A stretch of 64,000 nucleotides of DNA from Octopus vulgaris. Lineage: Eukaryota. The notes under the pieces were generated by a model. It saw only the letters and a program-made list of their open reading frames with translations. It did no database searches and had not been told where the DNA came from. Position 1 is the stretch's first letter. Each line of letters starts with the position of its first letter. The translations under genes were made by a program, and so were the position numbers. The DNA is taken from positions 111,042,001 to 111,106,000 of the forward strand of contig OX597818.1 of assembly GCA_951406725.2 (NCBI GenBank), given 5' to 3'. This document shows positions 15,101 through 28,788 of this stretch, piece by piece.

Positions 15101-18100
15101 GATCACCATTCCCACCACCACCATTACTACCACTACAGCTATTGCCACCACTACATTCACGGCATAACTGTTATGTTAACAAGTTATCAGGCTGAGGAAT
15201 AATTCATGTGCATTGTTTTTCAAATTTAATAATGCATGCAGAAATAAAATGCATTGGCTAAATTTTATGTGTTATTTGGAAGAGAACTTTTATGGATTTT
15301 TTAGTTTTTATGTATTTTCAGATCATTAAAATGGAATAACAAATGGACAAAACTGAGCATTTTCAACACCATTTGCCTTTAATCAAGATGTTAAGTCCAC
15401 CAAAGCTGCATGTGAGATTTGTGCTGTGTATGGATGAGGAGAAATGTCTCAAAGTACCCCTTGCTGTTGGCTTCTATTCCTCAAAAATACAAATTTTTAT
15501 CTCATGGACAAATCACACACACTGGTCAACCAATTAAGTTCAATTTTCCATTGACGGAAGGTTGTTCAGCACAGTTTTTTTATCATACTCGATCCAATCT
15601 GCCAATTCTCTGGTCATTTGATGTGGATTTTTGTGGAGATGTTCATTCAACCACTCTTCATCAAACTCAGTTGGTTGACTGGTGCGTGATCTGTCCTTGA
15701 TCTCAAAACTCCCATTTTTGAAGCACGTAAACCAACGGTGGGCAGTACTTTGAGGTATTGCTTTTTCTCCATGCATAGCACAAATCTTGCAAGCAGCTTT
15801 GGTGAGCTTAACACCTTGATTAAATGCAGAAAGCAAATGGTGTCATTTTAATGATCTGAAAATACATAAAACTCAATAAAATTAAAAAATCAAAACACAC
15901 TATTTTGTAGAGCAAAAAATTCTCTTTCAAAAACATAACATATTTTGCGAATGTATCTTATTTCTGCATGCATTTTTGAATTTGAAAAAAATGTTTATGA
16001 ATCATTCGCCAAGTCAATACACTGTTACAAGTCTTACCTGTAGCTAGGTTGTGGCTTAATATTAGACAACGTGAAGAGATTACTTGCTAGATCAATCCCA
16101 ACATTGACATGAATTGAAGGCAAATTGAAGGGCAAATTCTAAATAAAAAAGAAAAAAACACCACCTGCACTGGATTTGATCCTATGACCTAAGAACATGT
16201 AATTCAATATTTTATTCTTGCAACCATAGCATTTGTGCAGGTGTATATACTTTGGCAGTTTATAATTAAAATATGCTAAGATTTATTAACAAATCAGTTC
16301 TTTTTAGCTCTGTTGTTATTGTTTAGCCTTAAGTCAGCCCTAATCCAGTAGACCTATTATCCCAAAAGAATGGTTCTTATGACTAAACCAAATAAGGATA
16401 CTTTTGCAGGGCCTCCATCACTGGTTGGAAAAAGGGAGGATGAAACCATCACTTGTTTGGTATCATCAGACTATATACCTCAAGTGAATGCTTACTACAG
16501 AAGGAATTCCACTGAATGCATAGGAACAACTGGTGGTATTAGAATGGAAAAGAGATAAAATTTAACACCAAAGAACAAGTAAAGTCCATGCAAAAGAGCT
16601 TTCGAAGAGCTTGCTGCTGCCAAATTTCATACACAACATTTGGTTTGACCCCAGGTTAGGGGTTGAGTATTGAGATAGGTTCTGGAACCACATGATTGCA
16701 AAATAAATGCATATCAATGCTTGTGTCTGCTTTGTAGGTGTGAAAGTGGATGGCTGTATTTTAATGGATGTGGCAGTGGGTGTGTGGGTAAGACATTCAA
16801 TTTGAAACCACATGATTCCTGATTCAATCCCATTGCACAGCACCTTGGACAAGTGTTTTCTACCATAGTAATTGTTTGACCAATTCCTTGTGAATAAAAT
16901 TTGGTAGATGGAAACTGTGTAGAAGACCAGCTATTGCATGTACATTGAAGCCCCCCTCTGTCTACAGCACAATGTTATCTAAGGAAAAGACAAAGGCTAA
17001 TACAGCTTCACAGCAGTGTCACTACAAGCATAGCTGTGAGAAAGGAAAGAGCAGGATGAGATACCACAAGGCATCCAATCAGGACTGCTACTATTATTAT
17101 CAAATTCCTAAAGTGAAAGGTAGATTAACTTCATTGGTATTTGAACTCAGAATATAGACAACCAAGACAAATACCACAAAGCCTTCTACCTGATGCTCAA
17201 ATCAATCTGCCAATATACTGCATAGTAAATAAATCATATCAACTAACCTTAAAGTCGTGAAAGTATTTTTTCGCATATCTCCTGCAAAAGAAACAAACAT
17301 ATTTTCACCACATCATCACAATCATCTTCATAATTTATTTCTACATCAGCTCACAAAAAGAACCATTACAGAAATGCTATTTTGCGTTTGTACATTTTAT
17401 TATTTTAATCTAAATCTAGAATTCATTTCAATAGTTTTACTCTCTGAATATCACCAGGTGTCATATTTATGAATGTCTGTAGAGTATCAAACCTTCATCG
17501 ATTATTAATCTTGAAAGAATGCTGAAGTTTTTGCAGTTTTCTCAAAAATGTATTTGAATGAGTTTTTTTATGGAACTTTATAGGTTAATAGTATTATTTT
17601 CTCTTCTTAATTTTATTATGCAAGCTTTCTTTTCAGATGCATACTGTTGCTGTCCCCCATTCCTGAGTCTCATGGGATCACATCTTCAACACCTTCAATG
17701 TTTGAAGTGTCACACCCTAACAGTGGAAGGAACCTGTGAAGAGGTAGATTCAGAAAGACCTGGGATGAAGTGGTGAAGCACAACCTTCAAATGTTGGGCC
17801 ACACAGAGGCAATGACAAATAACCAAGACCTTTGGAGATATGCTCTGCTTAAGAAGACCCGGCAAGCCAAGTGATCATAGCAGTGGCCTAAGCCAGTGTC
17901 ACATAACCAGCTCATTTAAGTGTACCCTTCAAGTGTTGGGCAACATGCCACACTTGAGAAGACATGTCGAGTGAAGTGAAATTGATGTTGTGGCTGATAC
18001 CAGAACTACCTGACAGGCACCTGTGCTGGTGGTGCATAACAAGCACCATTTGAGCATGGTTGATGCTAGTGCTGTCAAACTGGCTCCCATACTGGTGGCA

Positions 18101-21100
18101 CATAAAAAGCACCCACTACACTCTCAGAGTGATTGGCATTAGGAAGGGCATCCAGCTGTAGAAATATTATCAGATCAGATTGGAGCCTGGTGCAGCCTTC
18201 TGGCTTGCCAGTTTTCAGTCAAACCATCAAATCCATGCCAGCATAGAGAGCAGATATTAAACAATGATGATGATAATGATTCACATTGTGCATGAATGTT
18301 TTACATTCAGAATCAATGTTCTTGATAACTGGTCACAACCAGTTTCCTTAGATATCAAGGACCTTTCTTACAATCCTTGCTCTTCCCAATACAGCAGATT
18401 TCAGAATCGATGCAATTCTTGTAGTTACACAAAACTCAATAAGAGAGCCTTTAAGTCTGTTGGTGATGACTGAGATTATTGGTTGTTGTTAGTTAATAAT
18501 TTTATTTTTCCTTAACTTTGTCCCACCTTGCTTCTCCTTGCCTGGCTGACTGAGGTAGCCAGCTACCACCTCTATAGTAAGACAACTATCTCTGTCTCTG
18601 TCATACACAAAACTCTTGCCAGGCTCACAGCCATATCCCTCAACTCCACTCCCTCTCTCAACTAAGAGCCCATTGGCAACTAACTCCACTTGTGCTGGTG
18701 CCACGTGATGGCACATGTGACACTGCCATGTAGGAAGTTTCCATGCTACCGCCACATAAAATACGCTGAGTACACTCTCTAAAGTAGTTGGTGTTAGGAA
18801 GGGCTTCCAGCGACAGAGACCATGCCAAAACATACACATGGAGCTTGTTGTGGCCCTCCAACTTGCCAGTTCCTATCAAACTATCTGATCCATGCCATTA
18901 AATGATGATGGTTATACATGATGTTGATGATGGTGGTGGGGTTAAAGGTCTTTACTTGTAGGTAAAAAATGTTTTGCTTTTTATAATTGAATCAGGGCAA
19001 AATGAAGACAGACCTGGTTGAGATGACAATCATTTTAACTGACAGATCTTGCAGATTTAAACAGGACTATTATATGTAATATAATCTTTACATGACTTTG
19101 TAGCGCAGAAGATTTTAAAGACATAATTTCTTATACATTATTTGTTATTTGTATTAAAATTTCAGATTTGTTTTCAATTTCAGCTTCATAAAAATGAGAC
19201 ACTTTCATCAAAAAGCAATCAAGATTGGCAGATGATTTTATCCAAAGTTTGATGTCATCATCATCAACATCGTAATCATCATTTAATATCTGTTTTCCAT
19301 GCCAGCATAGGTTGGATTGTTCGACCAGAACCGGCAAGGTGGGGAGCTGCAACAAGCTCCAGTCCCCTGCTTTGGCAAGGTTTCTACAGCTGAATGCACT
19401 TCCAACCACTTTACAGAGTGCACTGGGTGCTTTTGAAGTGGCATCAGCAGAGATACATCTTACATGGCACCAGGAAAGGGGAATCTTAATTTTAATCAGA
19501 GTTTAAAACGTTTTATTGTTCAATTCATTTCAATGTGAACTCGGGAAAGAAATGATCTTGAACTGAAAATTCTCCCCTGTTTCTGTTCTGTAGGTGTATG
19601 GAATAGGTTTGAGCCTTTTGTCTTACAGTTAAATACATACAAACAAAAATGTTGCGCAACCAAGACTTACTGAAGTTGAAATACTGAACATAGATATTTC
19701 ATGTTGTCTCATATCAACAATGTCATGGCTTCTCTTATTAATTCCTACATTTATATTTCCTTATATCATTATCATATTTATACATCACAGTCTCCTCATA
19801 ATGCAAAGTCAAAATCAAACATAAGCAGAGTGTTATATAATCACTTACTTGGCTTGTATGCGGTTAAAACCTTCCGTTGCTTCTTTTACAAAGTCTTCAA
19901 ATTGCTAAAAAAGTTTCAAAAGTATTTGCTGTATGTTTATAACGACTTGATGTGAAGAGTTTTATTTTGCCCTAGTTTGAACTCTTCAATGAAACAAAAC
20001 ACTACCTGACTCACCGAAACACTACAGGAAAAAAAACAACTAAATCTTTTCTTTATATATGCTAAATTCCAGTAAAGAGCTGAAATCATTGACTGATGGG
20101 GGATGTTGCCTAACTTGAGAAGTGATGCAGTAAAGGGATTAAGCATAATACTACAAGGCATTTCATCTTGCACTGTCAACTGATTTTTCATATTCCTTTC
20201 TTAAAAGAAGATTCTATGTAGTCACCAAAAGATAGCAACAAAATCTCCCTTAAATCTTGCAAAAAAACTAAAAGGTATGGCTGTGTGGTAAGTTTATTAG
20301 TTTACATTTGAAAAGAGGAATGGGTATTTCTCCTACCAACCACAAACTCTACCTCTGCCTATCACCTGAAATGTTATTTCTTGTCTTATGAAAAGATGAA
20401 AAAGCTATGTTGACCTCAGCACGATTCTGAAATTCAGAAATTCAAGAAAAGTGTTATGCTGTCATTTGATCTGCTCAGCTACATCTTCGTCAACTATCAT
20501 CATCTTTCAATGTTTGTTTTCCATGCCGGCATGGGTTGGACTGTCTGACAGGAGCTGACTAGGCTCCATGTCTACTTTTGTATTGTTTCTATAGCTTGAT
20601 GACATTCTTATTGCCAACCACTTTACAGAGTGTACTGGATGCTTTTATGCATAACCAGCATGGGTGTGTAAACATGGCATTGGACTAGGTGGATTTTATG
20701 TGCACCAACACCCATGAGCCTCCAAGATTACGAATGTTGAGCTAGAGAAGGATGCAATGGACATGCCTGTATGCAAGGCCGACCACACTTCTACTTAGCT
20801 TGACGTGTCTTATTAAGCACAGTAAACCACCAGGAGTCCCAGACCCTATCCTGTCACTCTCTCTGTGAGACCTAGCATCTGAAGATCCTCTCTCACCACT
20901 TCATCCCACATCCTCCTGGATCTACCCCTTCCACTTTAAAAGTGTTTTAAATAACTTTTTCTGGAAGGGCAGGTTAGTTTCCATTTTAATTTGATAGCGC
21001 TATTTTCTGTGTGACTTCAACATCTGAAGGAAAAAACAAATGGATGGAGAGGAAACTGTTGATTTGGTCCAAATGCATGAAGATGAGAGAATTCATACAA

Positions 21101-24100
21101 AAGGCAGCCAAGAATCCGATGGTGGTGTTAAACTATGTAGCATATAAACCCTGTAGGCAATTTTCTGAAAATACAAAGTTTTTTGATGAAAACCAAACAG
21201 CTGCTCATCTTAAATCGATATAAATGAAAATAACAGCCTGTAGATTGGAAATCATCATCATCATCATAGTTTTAACATTCATATTTCATAGCCTACATGG
21301 GTCTGGCAGAATTCATTCATGTCGATGTTTTTACAGTTTAAGGATTTAATGTGTGTCCTTGGTCTTTAGATTCTCATAGAAAAACATTTGGAGCTAAACA
21401 ACAATAACTGTAACAGTAACAACAATAACCACAAACATCACAGTCAATGCTGCTGCTGCTACTGGTGTTGGAGCTGGCATTGCTACCGGAAGTATTTTAA
21501 AAAAGGAATACCCACAGCAATTCACTTTAAAAGCAAAACAATGCTAAATCTAAAAATGATTGTTAAGGGCTCTGGCTGGATGACTTAAACATATGAAACA
21601 TAACAAGTCTGTGGTTAGGATGCTTAACTGTTTCAACTCACATTAACAGAGGATCTACTAACTTATTTCCAACAGCTACACAAACTCAATATGCTGCCTC
21701 ATACAAAATAAATAAATAATAAGAACTCACTGTTGTATATCCACAATGTTTTCTTGCTAGATCCCTGCAAAAGAAATAAAGGGACACATCATCATGACTA
21801 TCATCATTAACATCATGATCATCATCATTTCATCATTTTTGTGTCTCTAGACAAAGAAAAACATCATAAGATTATAACTTTTAGTACAACTTCATCTTGA
21901 GACATAAATTCTCTCTTAATATTGGAACCTACATTAGGACTTCATTTCAATTACTTCCATTTCTGAACCATATTACTAGTTTTATTCCTGGCTTAATGCA
22001 TGGTACCAGATCATTAATATTTTAGCAAATATTTACAAATATTTGCTTCAAATTTTTGCACAGGCCTGCAATGTCAACTGGTACTTATTTTATCAACCCT
22101 GAAAAGAAGGAAGGCAAAGGTGACCTTGGTACGATATGAACTCAGAATGTGAAGATGGACAAAATGCCGCAAAGCATTTTGCCTGGCATAGTAACGATTC
22201 TGCCATCTCACCACCATAGCAAACACAGAAATATTGAACTGATGTCACTACTGGCCTTACTAATTCCATTATTAGTAAGACGTATATGTCCTGATTCTTT
22301 GATTCTCATGAGTTTCCCACTTTGGAATTACGGAATCTTCATTCTATAGCATTATATTAATTCATTTCTCACTCCATATGTATTAAAATATTTATTCTAT
22401 CACTAAGGCTTTTCAATATTCTTCCATCCCAAACTTTAGAACCTCGCAGTGTTTCATGTACAAGGCCCTCCATAAATGCATGGCATGTTATAAATGCAGT
22501 TTTAATGTTCCAAATGAAACAATGCAGATGGAGATGCATAAAAAAAAACATTTTCATCTCAAAAGATGAAGTTAATAATCTGAAAAACTTATAATCACAT
22601 CTGTAATAAATCATCTCAAACATTTACATATTTAAGAAACATTATTCTCAAATTCAAAATACAGCCTTTCTCATTTACAAAACAAACAGCCAAAGAAACA
22701 AAGAAATAAACAAAACATGTTACTGTGGACCTGTTTAGTTCTGTAGAGTGTTAGAGTAATCAAGAATGAGGCCAGACTGGAGTTTATATTATAGTGGTCC
22801 TTGTGGTGTAAATGGACACCATACAGATTAATGAACCAAAGCTACATAGAAATCATAAAAGAGGATTACACCTTCAACATGTCTGAGGTGTTGAATAACA
22901 CTTGGGGCATTTGCTTGCTCATTTTCATATGCATAACAATTTGTCTCTTTGTTAAATATTATCAATTAAGCACCAAAGATAAACTTGCAGCATGTAGAGC
23001 CCATTGACCTTGGCTTTTGTTATACATCATAACAACGTATTCCCAAAGATGATTATGTCTCTGAAGACTGGTTCTTAGGATTCATTTTAACTATATTCCT
23101 GACAGTAGCATCTGGCTTACACCAGCAGTCTAGGCATAACTTTTGGATTGGCAAAGAAAAAAAGTAGTTTTGTAAAAAAAAATATTTATATCACAACTTC
23201 AAATATTGCAAATGACAGATGAAAACCAATTTTCACTGACCAGCTGTGGCTATTTAACACTTTGGCATTTCAACAAGCTATATCCTGCCCAAATATTCCA
23301 TTTGCTTTCTCCTCAAAATAGCCACATCTGGCATCTCACTCCATGCAATAACAGAGGATATAATTTATATCTTCATTATATTTGTTTCTGTCATTAGACT
23401 GTGGCCATGCTGGGGCACTTCCTTCAAGAATTTTAATTGAACAAATGAACCCCTGTATATATTTTTAAAAACCTAGTATTAGCTTTGTTGGTCTACTTTG
23501 CAGAACCTCTGTGTCATGGTGATGGAAGCACAACACTGGTCTTCAAGCAGAGGTTTGGGACAAACACAAAGTCACACATGCACACACAGATGCAGACATA
23601 GTATATAGACTTACATATATATATATACATATACACACACACACATATATATACATGATAGGCTTCTTTCAGTTTCTGTAAATAATTCCACCCATGAGAA
23701 TTTGGTAGCCTTGAGGCTATAACAGAAGACATTTGCCTAAGGTGCCATGCAGTGAGACTGAACCTTGAACCATCATCATCATCATTTAACATCTGCTTTC
23801 CATGCTGGCATGGGTTGGATGGTTTGACAGAGGACTGGTGAACCAGAGGCAGCACCACTCTCAATCTGATCTGGCAAATTTTCTACAGCTGGATGCCATT
23901 CCTAACACCAACCACTCCAAGAGTGTAGTGAGTGCTTTTAAGTGCCACCGGCACGAAGGCCAGTCAGGCGGTTCTGACAACGACCATGCTCAAAAGGTGT
24001 TTTTTACATGCTACCTGCATAGGAGCCAGTCTGGCGGCACTGGCAATGACCACACTTGAATGTTGTTTTTCACTTGCAACCAGCACATGTGCTGGTGGGG

Positions 24101-27100
24101 CAACTCTGGCAATGATCACACTCGAATGGTGCTTTTCACATGTCACCAGTATGGGAGCCAATCCGTTGCCCTGGCAACAATCATGCTTGCATGTGCTTTT
24201 AACATTCCACTGGGATGAGTGCCAATCAGGCAGTACAGTCATCGGCCATGTCAGCAATTTTGATTTTGATTTCACTTGCCTCAGTGTCTTCAAAAGCCAG
24301 GTTTATTGTCCAATGAATGGGGAGTATCATGGTCTCACTTGGCTTGTTAGGTCTTCTGAAGAACAGCATATTTCCAAAGGTCTCAGTCACTAGTCATTGC
24401 TTCGGTAAGGTACAATGTTCGAAGGTCGTGCTTCGCCACCCCAACTCAGGTTTTCTTGGGTCTACTTCTTCTACAGGTTCCCTCAACTGCTAAGCTGTGA
24501 CACTTTCTCACACAGCTGTCCTCATTCATTCGCAATACATGACCATAGCAGCGCAGTTGTCTCTCTTGCACACCACATCTGATACTTCTTAAATCCAACT
24601 TTTCTCAGGAAAGACTTGTAATTTCACAGATGCTGAGTAGCATCTGTGTGGCTTCCATGGGGTACATGGAGACAAATGAGTTGGATCTCACAATGAGGAC
24701 AGACCTAGACTGCTGGAGTTCTGTGATGCAAATGACCTTATGATCTGTAATACTAACCTCAGCAAACCAGCCAGTCACCTGTTCACTTACAAATCTGGTA
24801 GTGACATAAATTAGATCGACTACATGGAAAAGGTGGCTCACTATAAATGCAAAGTCCTTCCCAAGTGAAAAGTGTACCCCACAACATAAGCTAGTCATAA
24901 GAGACCTCAGGCCTAGGGTTAGAATGATGCCAAGAAGCAAAGCAGTCTGGAAGCTTAAGAAGTCTCAGAATAGTCAGAGACTTGGAGACATATTCACTGA
25001 AGTATTTCATGAGATACTAACATGTAACTTAGAAGAGAACTGAAAATTCCCATGTGACAACTTAATGAGGGCCATTGACCAAATTAATGGATGGTACAAC
25101 CACCCACCTCAGACCTAAGGTGACATGGTGGTGGAACAGGGAAGTGTACAGGACCATTAGAGCAAATAAATGGGCCCAAAAGATACTGGAAAACTGGTAG
25201 TAACAGAGAACCATGTGAGACAGATAGAAGAGAGACTAGGAGGCAGAAAAAAAGAAGTTCAAAAATGGTCTGTAGCATGATGACCAGAGGCTCAAGGGGT
25301 TTCAGATTGCAAAACAGTGTGTCAGAGAAAATGGTGATACTGTAAGAGAGAACTGTGTTTGCATGAATAAGGGTTCTCTTGCATTTTAACGATTCTGCAA
25401 AGAAGGAGGCTTGGAATAGCCATTATGAAAGGCTGCTAAATGTAGAGAATGCATGAGAAAAGAAGAGTCTATCTAATGTGGACCAAACAGAGGGACCAGA
25501 TTTCTGAATAGATAGTGTCTTGGTAGATAAAGCTTTGAAGGACATGAAGACAGGGAAATATCCAGCCCATCAGGGATCACTAATGAAATCTTTAAAATAT
25601 ATGGCCTAATCACCTGTATAGTTAATTAGGTTGGCTATGAAGGAACCATACACAAAGACTGGTGTAACAGCATGACAGTCAACTATTACAAAGGTAAATG
25701 TAATGCCTTAGGCAAAAATAATTACTGAAGTATCAAATTGCTGGAGCAAGTAATGAAAGTTACAGAGAGGGTTATAGCTCAAGTAATTAAGAAGACAGTT
25801 AACCTGGATGAGAAGTAGTTTGCTTTCATACCAAGGAGAAGCACCACTGATGCTATCTTTCTGGTAAGGCAACAGCAGGTGAAGCATTTAGCCAAGAATA
25901 AACCTCTGTACTTAGCTTTTGCTGATTTAGAGACAAGTCTTTGACATGGTTCCCAACTCCTTTATCAGATGCTCTGTGTGGAAGCTAGGGATTGATGAGA
26001 GCTGTACAAGCCATGTACAGAGATGCTGTCAGTAAGGTGAAGGTCGACAATGAGTATAGCAATGAATTTAGTGTACAGGCAGGAGTTCACAAAGGATCAG
26101 TTCTCATGTCCCCCTTATTTATTATAATGCTCCAGGCCATAACAGATGAATTTAAGTATGGCTGCCCTTGGGAGCTCCTCTATACTGATGACCTTGTTCT
26201 TATGGCTGATTCACTATCAGACCTAGAAGAAATTTCAGGAATGAAAGCAAGGTCTGCAATCAAATGGAGTTAAGTTAGTAAAGACCAAAGTCCTAGTAAA
26301 TAGAAAACATGGAAATCACAAATCCTCTCAAGGAGATGGCCCTGCTCTATATGTCAGAAAGGTGTCAGTAGCAACTCCATACAGTGTACCGAGTGCAAGC
26401 TATGGACACTTAAGAGATGCAGTGATACCATAGGAAGGTTAACAGAGATATTGGACTTTGCATGAGGGAGATGTGCAGTAACAGTAAACACTAAGAACAA
26501 ACAGAGAATAGACTTCCTCAAATGCCTGGTGGGAATCTTTAGAAGTAGCAGAAAACTTTTGTTACCTAGGTGAACATGTCAGCAGTGGAGGAGTAAGTTC
26601 TGAAAGTGTAGCTGTCAGAATTAGAATAGGCTAGACAAAGTTCAGAGAGCTACTATCTTTGTTGGAAAGAAAATTCCTCTCCCTCACTGCGAATGGCAAA
26701 TCGTATGATACCTATGAAAGTACAGCTATGCTGCATGGCAGTGGGACATAGGTTATGGATATAGAGGACCTGAGAAGGCCTGAAAGAAATGCAGCCAAGA
26801 TGTTCAGCAGTGTGGGTAAAATCAGTGTGCATGTACAACAGAGACTAAAAGCTTTAAGTCAAGAATTAGGCAAAAATAAGAAGCCCTTTGGTACACTTGG
26901 ATGAAAAGATGCAGCAGAGAGAGTAAAAACCCCAAGGCTATGTCATAGGAGGACTCTGAGGTTAAGCTGGACTCTGATTAAAGTATTCTGGCAGAATATC
27001 TTCACCGTAACAAGAAGCCCTCTTCCACTCCTGCCATTAAGAATTCAGCTGGAATTCCTCTCTCTAAAAAGAAGAATATTCTTTGGATTGGAAGAGAATA

Positions 27101-28751
27101 CATTAAGGATCTTCTCAATCTGATCAGGATGGAATCTTCTAGTTGACTTGAGGTGCATGTAGGGCCAAGAACTAACCTCACAGAGGATGAAGTCATAGAG
27201 GTGATTAAAGCACTCAAACGTTGCAAGACAGATGAAGTGGATGAAATTTCATCTGAGATGTTAAGAAAATTAAAAAGAGAAGGTATTCTCTGGTTGATTT
27301 GTGTATAGCAGGTAGCATGGACTTCTGAAAGGACACCAAAACAATGGCAGTCTGGGGTGATGATCCCAATTTTGAAAAAGGGAGAGAAAACTGAAGGAAA
27401 CAAATGTTCGAACTAGGAATTCCTTGCTTTGTATATGTATTATTCCTTGTTTCTGTTCTGGGTTGATATAAAAACTATGAAAGTTACATGACAAGGAATT
27501 ATTCAAATTGAAATACTGAATATAAATATATTTGTCATGGATACTTTTATTATTTTCTACATCACCATCATCATCATCATCATCACCATCACTATCACTT
27601 AACATCTGTTGTCCAAGGTGGCAAGGGTTGGTTGCTTTGACCAGAAATGGTAAGGTGAGGGGCTGTACCAGGCTCCAGTCTGATTTGGTATCGTTTCTAT
27701 GCTTGGATGCCCTTCCTAACACCAACCACTCCAAGAATGTAATGGGTACCTTTATGTGCCACCTGCATGAGTGCCAGCTGTATGACACTAATATCTGCCA
27801 CGACTACAATGCCATTTAGCTTGATGGGTCTTCTTCTCAAGCACAGCATATTATCAAAAGTCTCAGTCATAGTTCATTGCCTCCATGAGGCCTGATGCTC
27901 GCCATTATCATGATCATGATGATGACAATCATCATCATCATTTAACATCCACCTTCCATGTTGGCATGGGAGGGATAGTTTCACAGGAGCTGGCCAGGCA
28001 GACTTATGTGTCTGTGTTAGCAGGGTTTTTACACTATCCACCCAGTGGAATGGACTGAGCGATCTTTACATGGCCAGTTTTGACAAGGTTTTCACAGATG
28101 GATGCTCTTCCAAATGCCAACCATTTTACAGTATAAACTGAATGCTTTTTAAGTGGCACAGGCACTGACAGGGTTACCAAGTAACTTGCAAGAAAAAAAT
28201 CTTTTGGAAGGGGAAGGGGCATTGCAGGAGGTGATCTAAGATGATGAATTGTTATAGTGAGCCAGAGGAGGTGGAAGATTACCTGGCCCGAGGGAGTGGG
28301 GAGAGATCAGGAATGGGGACAGAAACAGGTGTGTTGCCCTGAAGGAGATACAGGGTTACCAAACCTGAAGGAAGAGCAGAAGAATGAAAAAGAGGGAGGG
28401 AAATAATGAGAGAAATGGTGGCGAAATGCAGGGCATACTAACAAGGGATGGAGATAAGAATATAAAGGGGAAGGTGAAGCAAGTACAACAAAGACAGAGG
28501 GAGAGGGTAGCATATCCTTGAGGTTCAAAGGTCATAATGCAAGTGATAGGTCATTACCAAAGAAGCGTTGAGTAGAGAGTGAGGAAGGGAAATGCAGTGA
28601 GTGGTGAAAGCATGGATATATAAAACGGGGAGCTACTGGACAGAAATGATGTAGAGAAATAGTGAGGCCAAGATTGAGGAGTGAGAGGTAAGCATAGTGC
28701 ATCATCATTGTTTAATGTCTGCCTTCCAAGCTGGCATGGGTGAAATAGTTT

Positions 28752-28788
<37 letters not shown>

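Noticed and set aside
16370-16558. [19 protein letters not shown]... repeated at 38196-38411
   Set aside because: Present in full in only two units, antisense to the host gene, with no recognisable motif or convincing splice sites.
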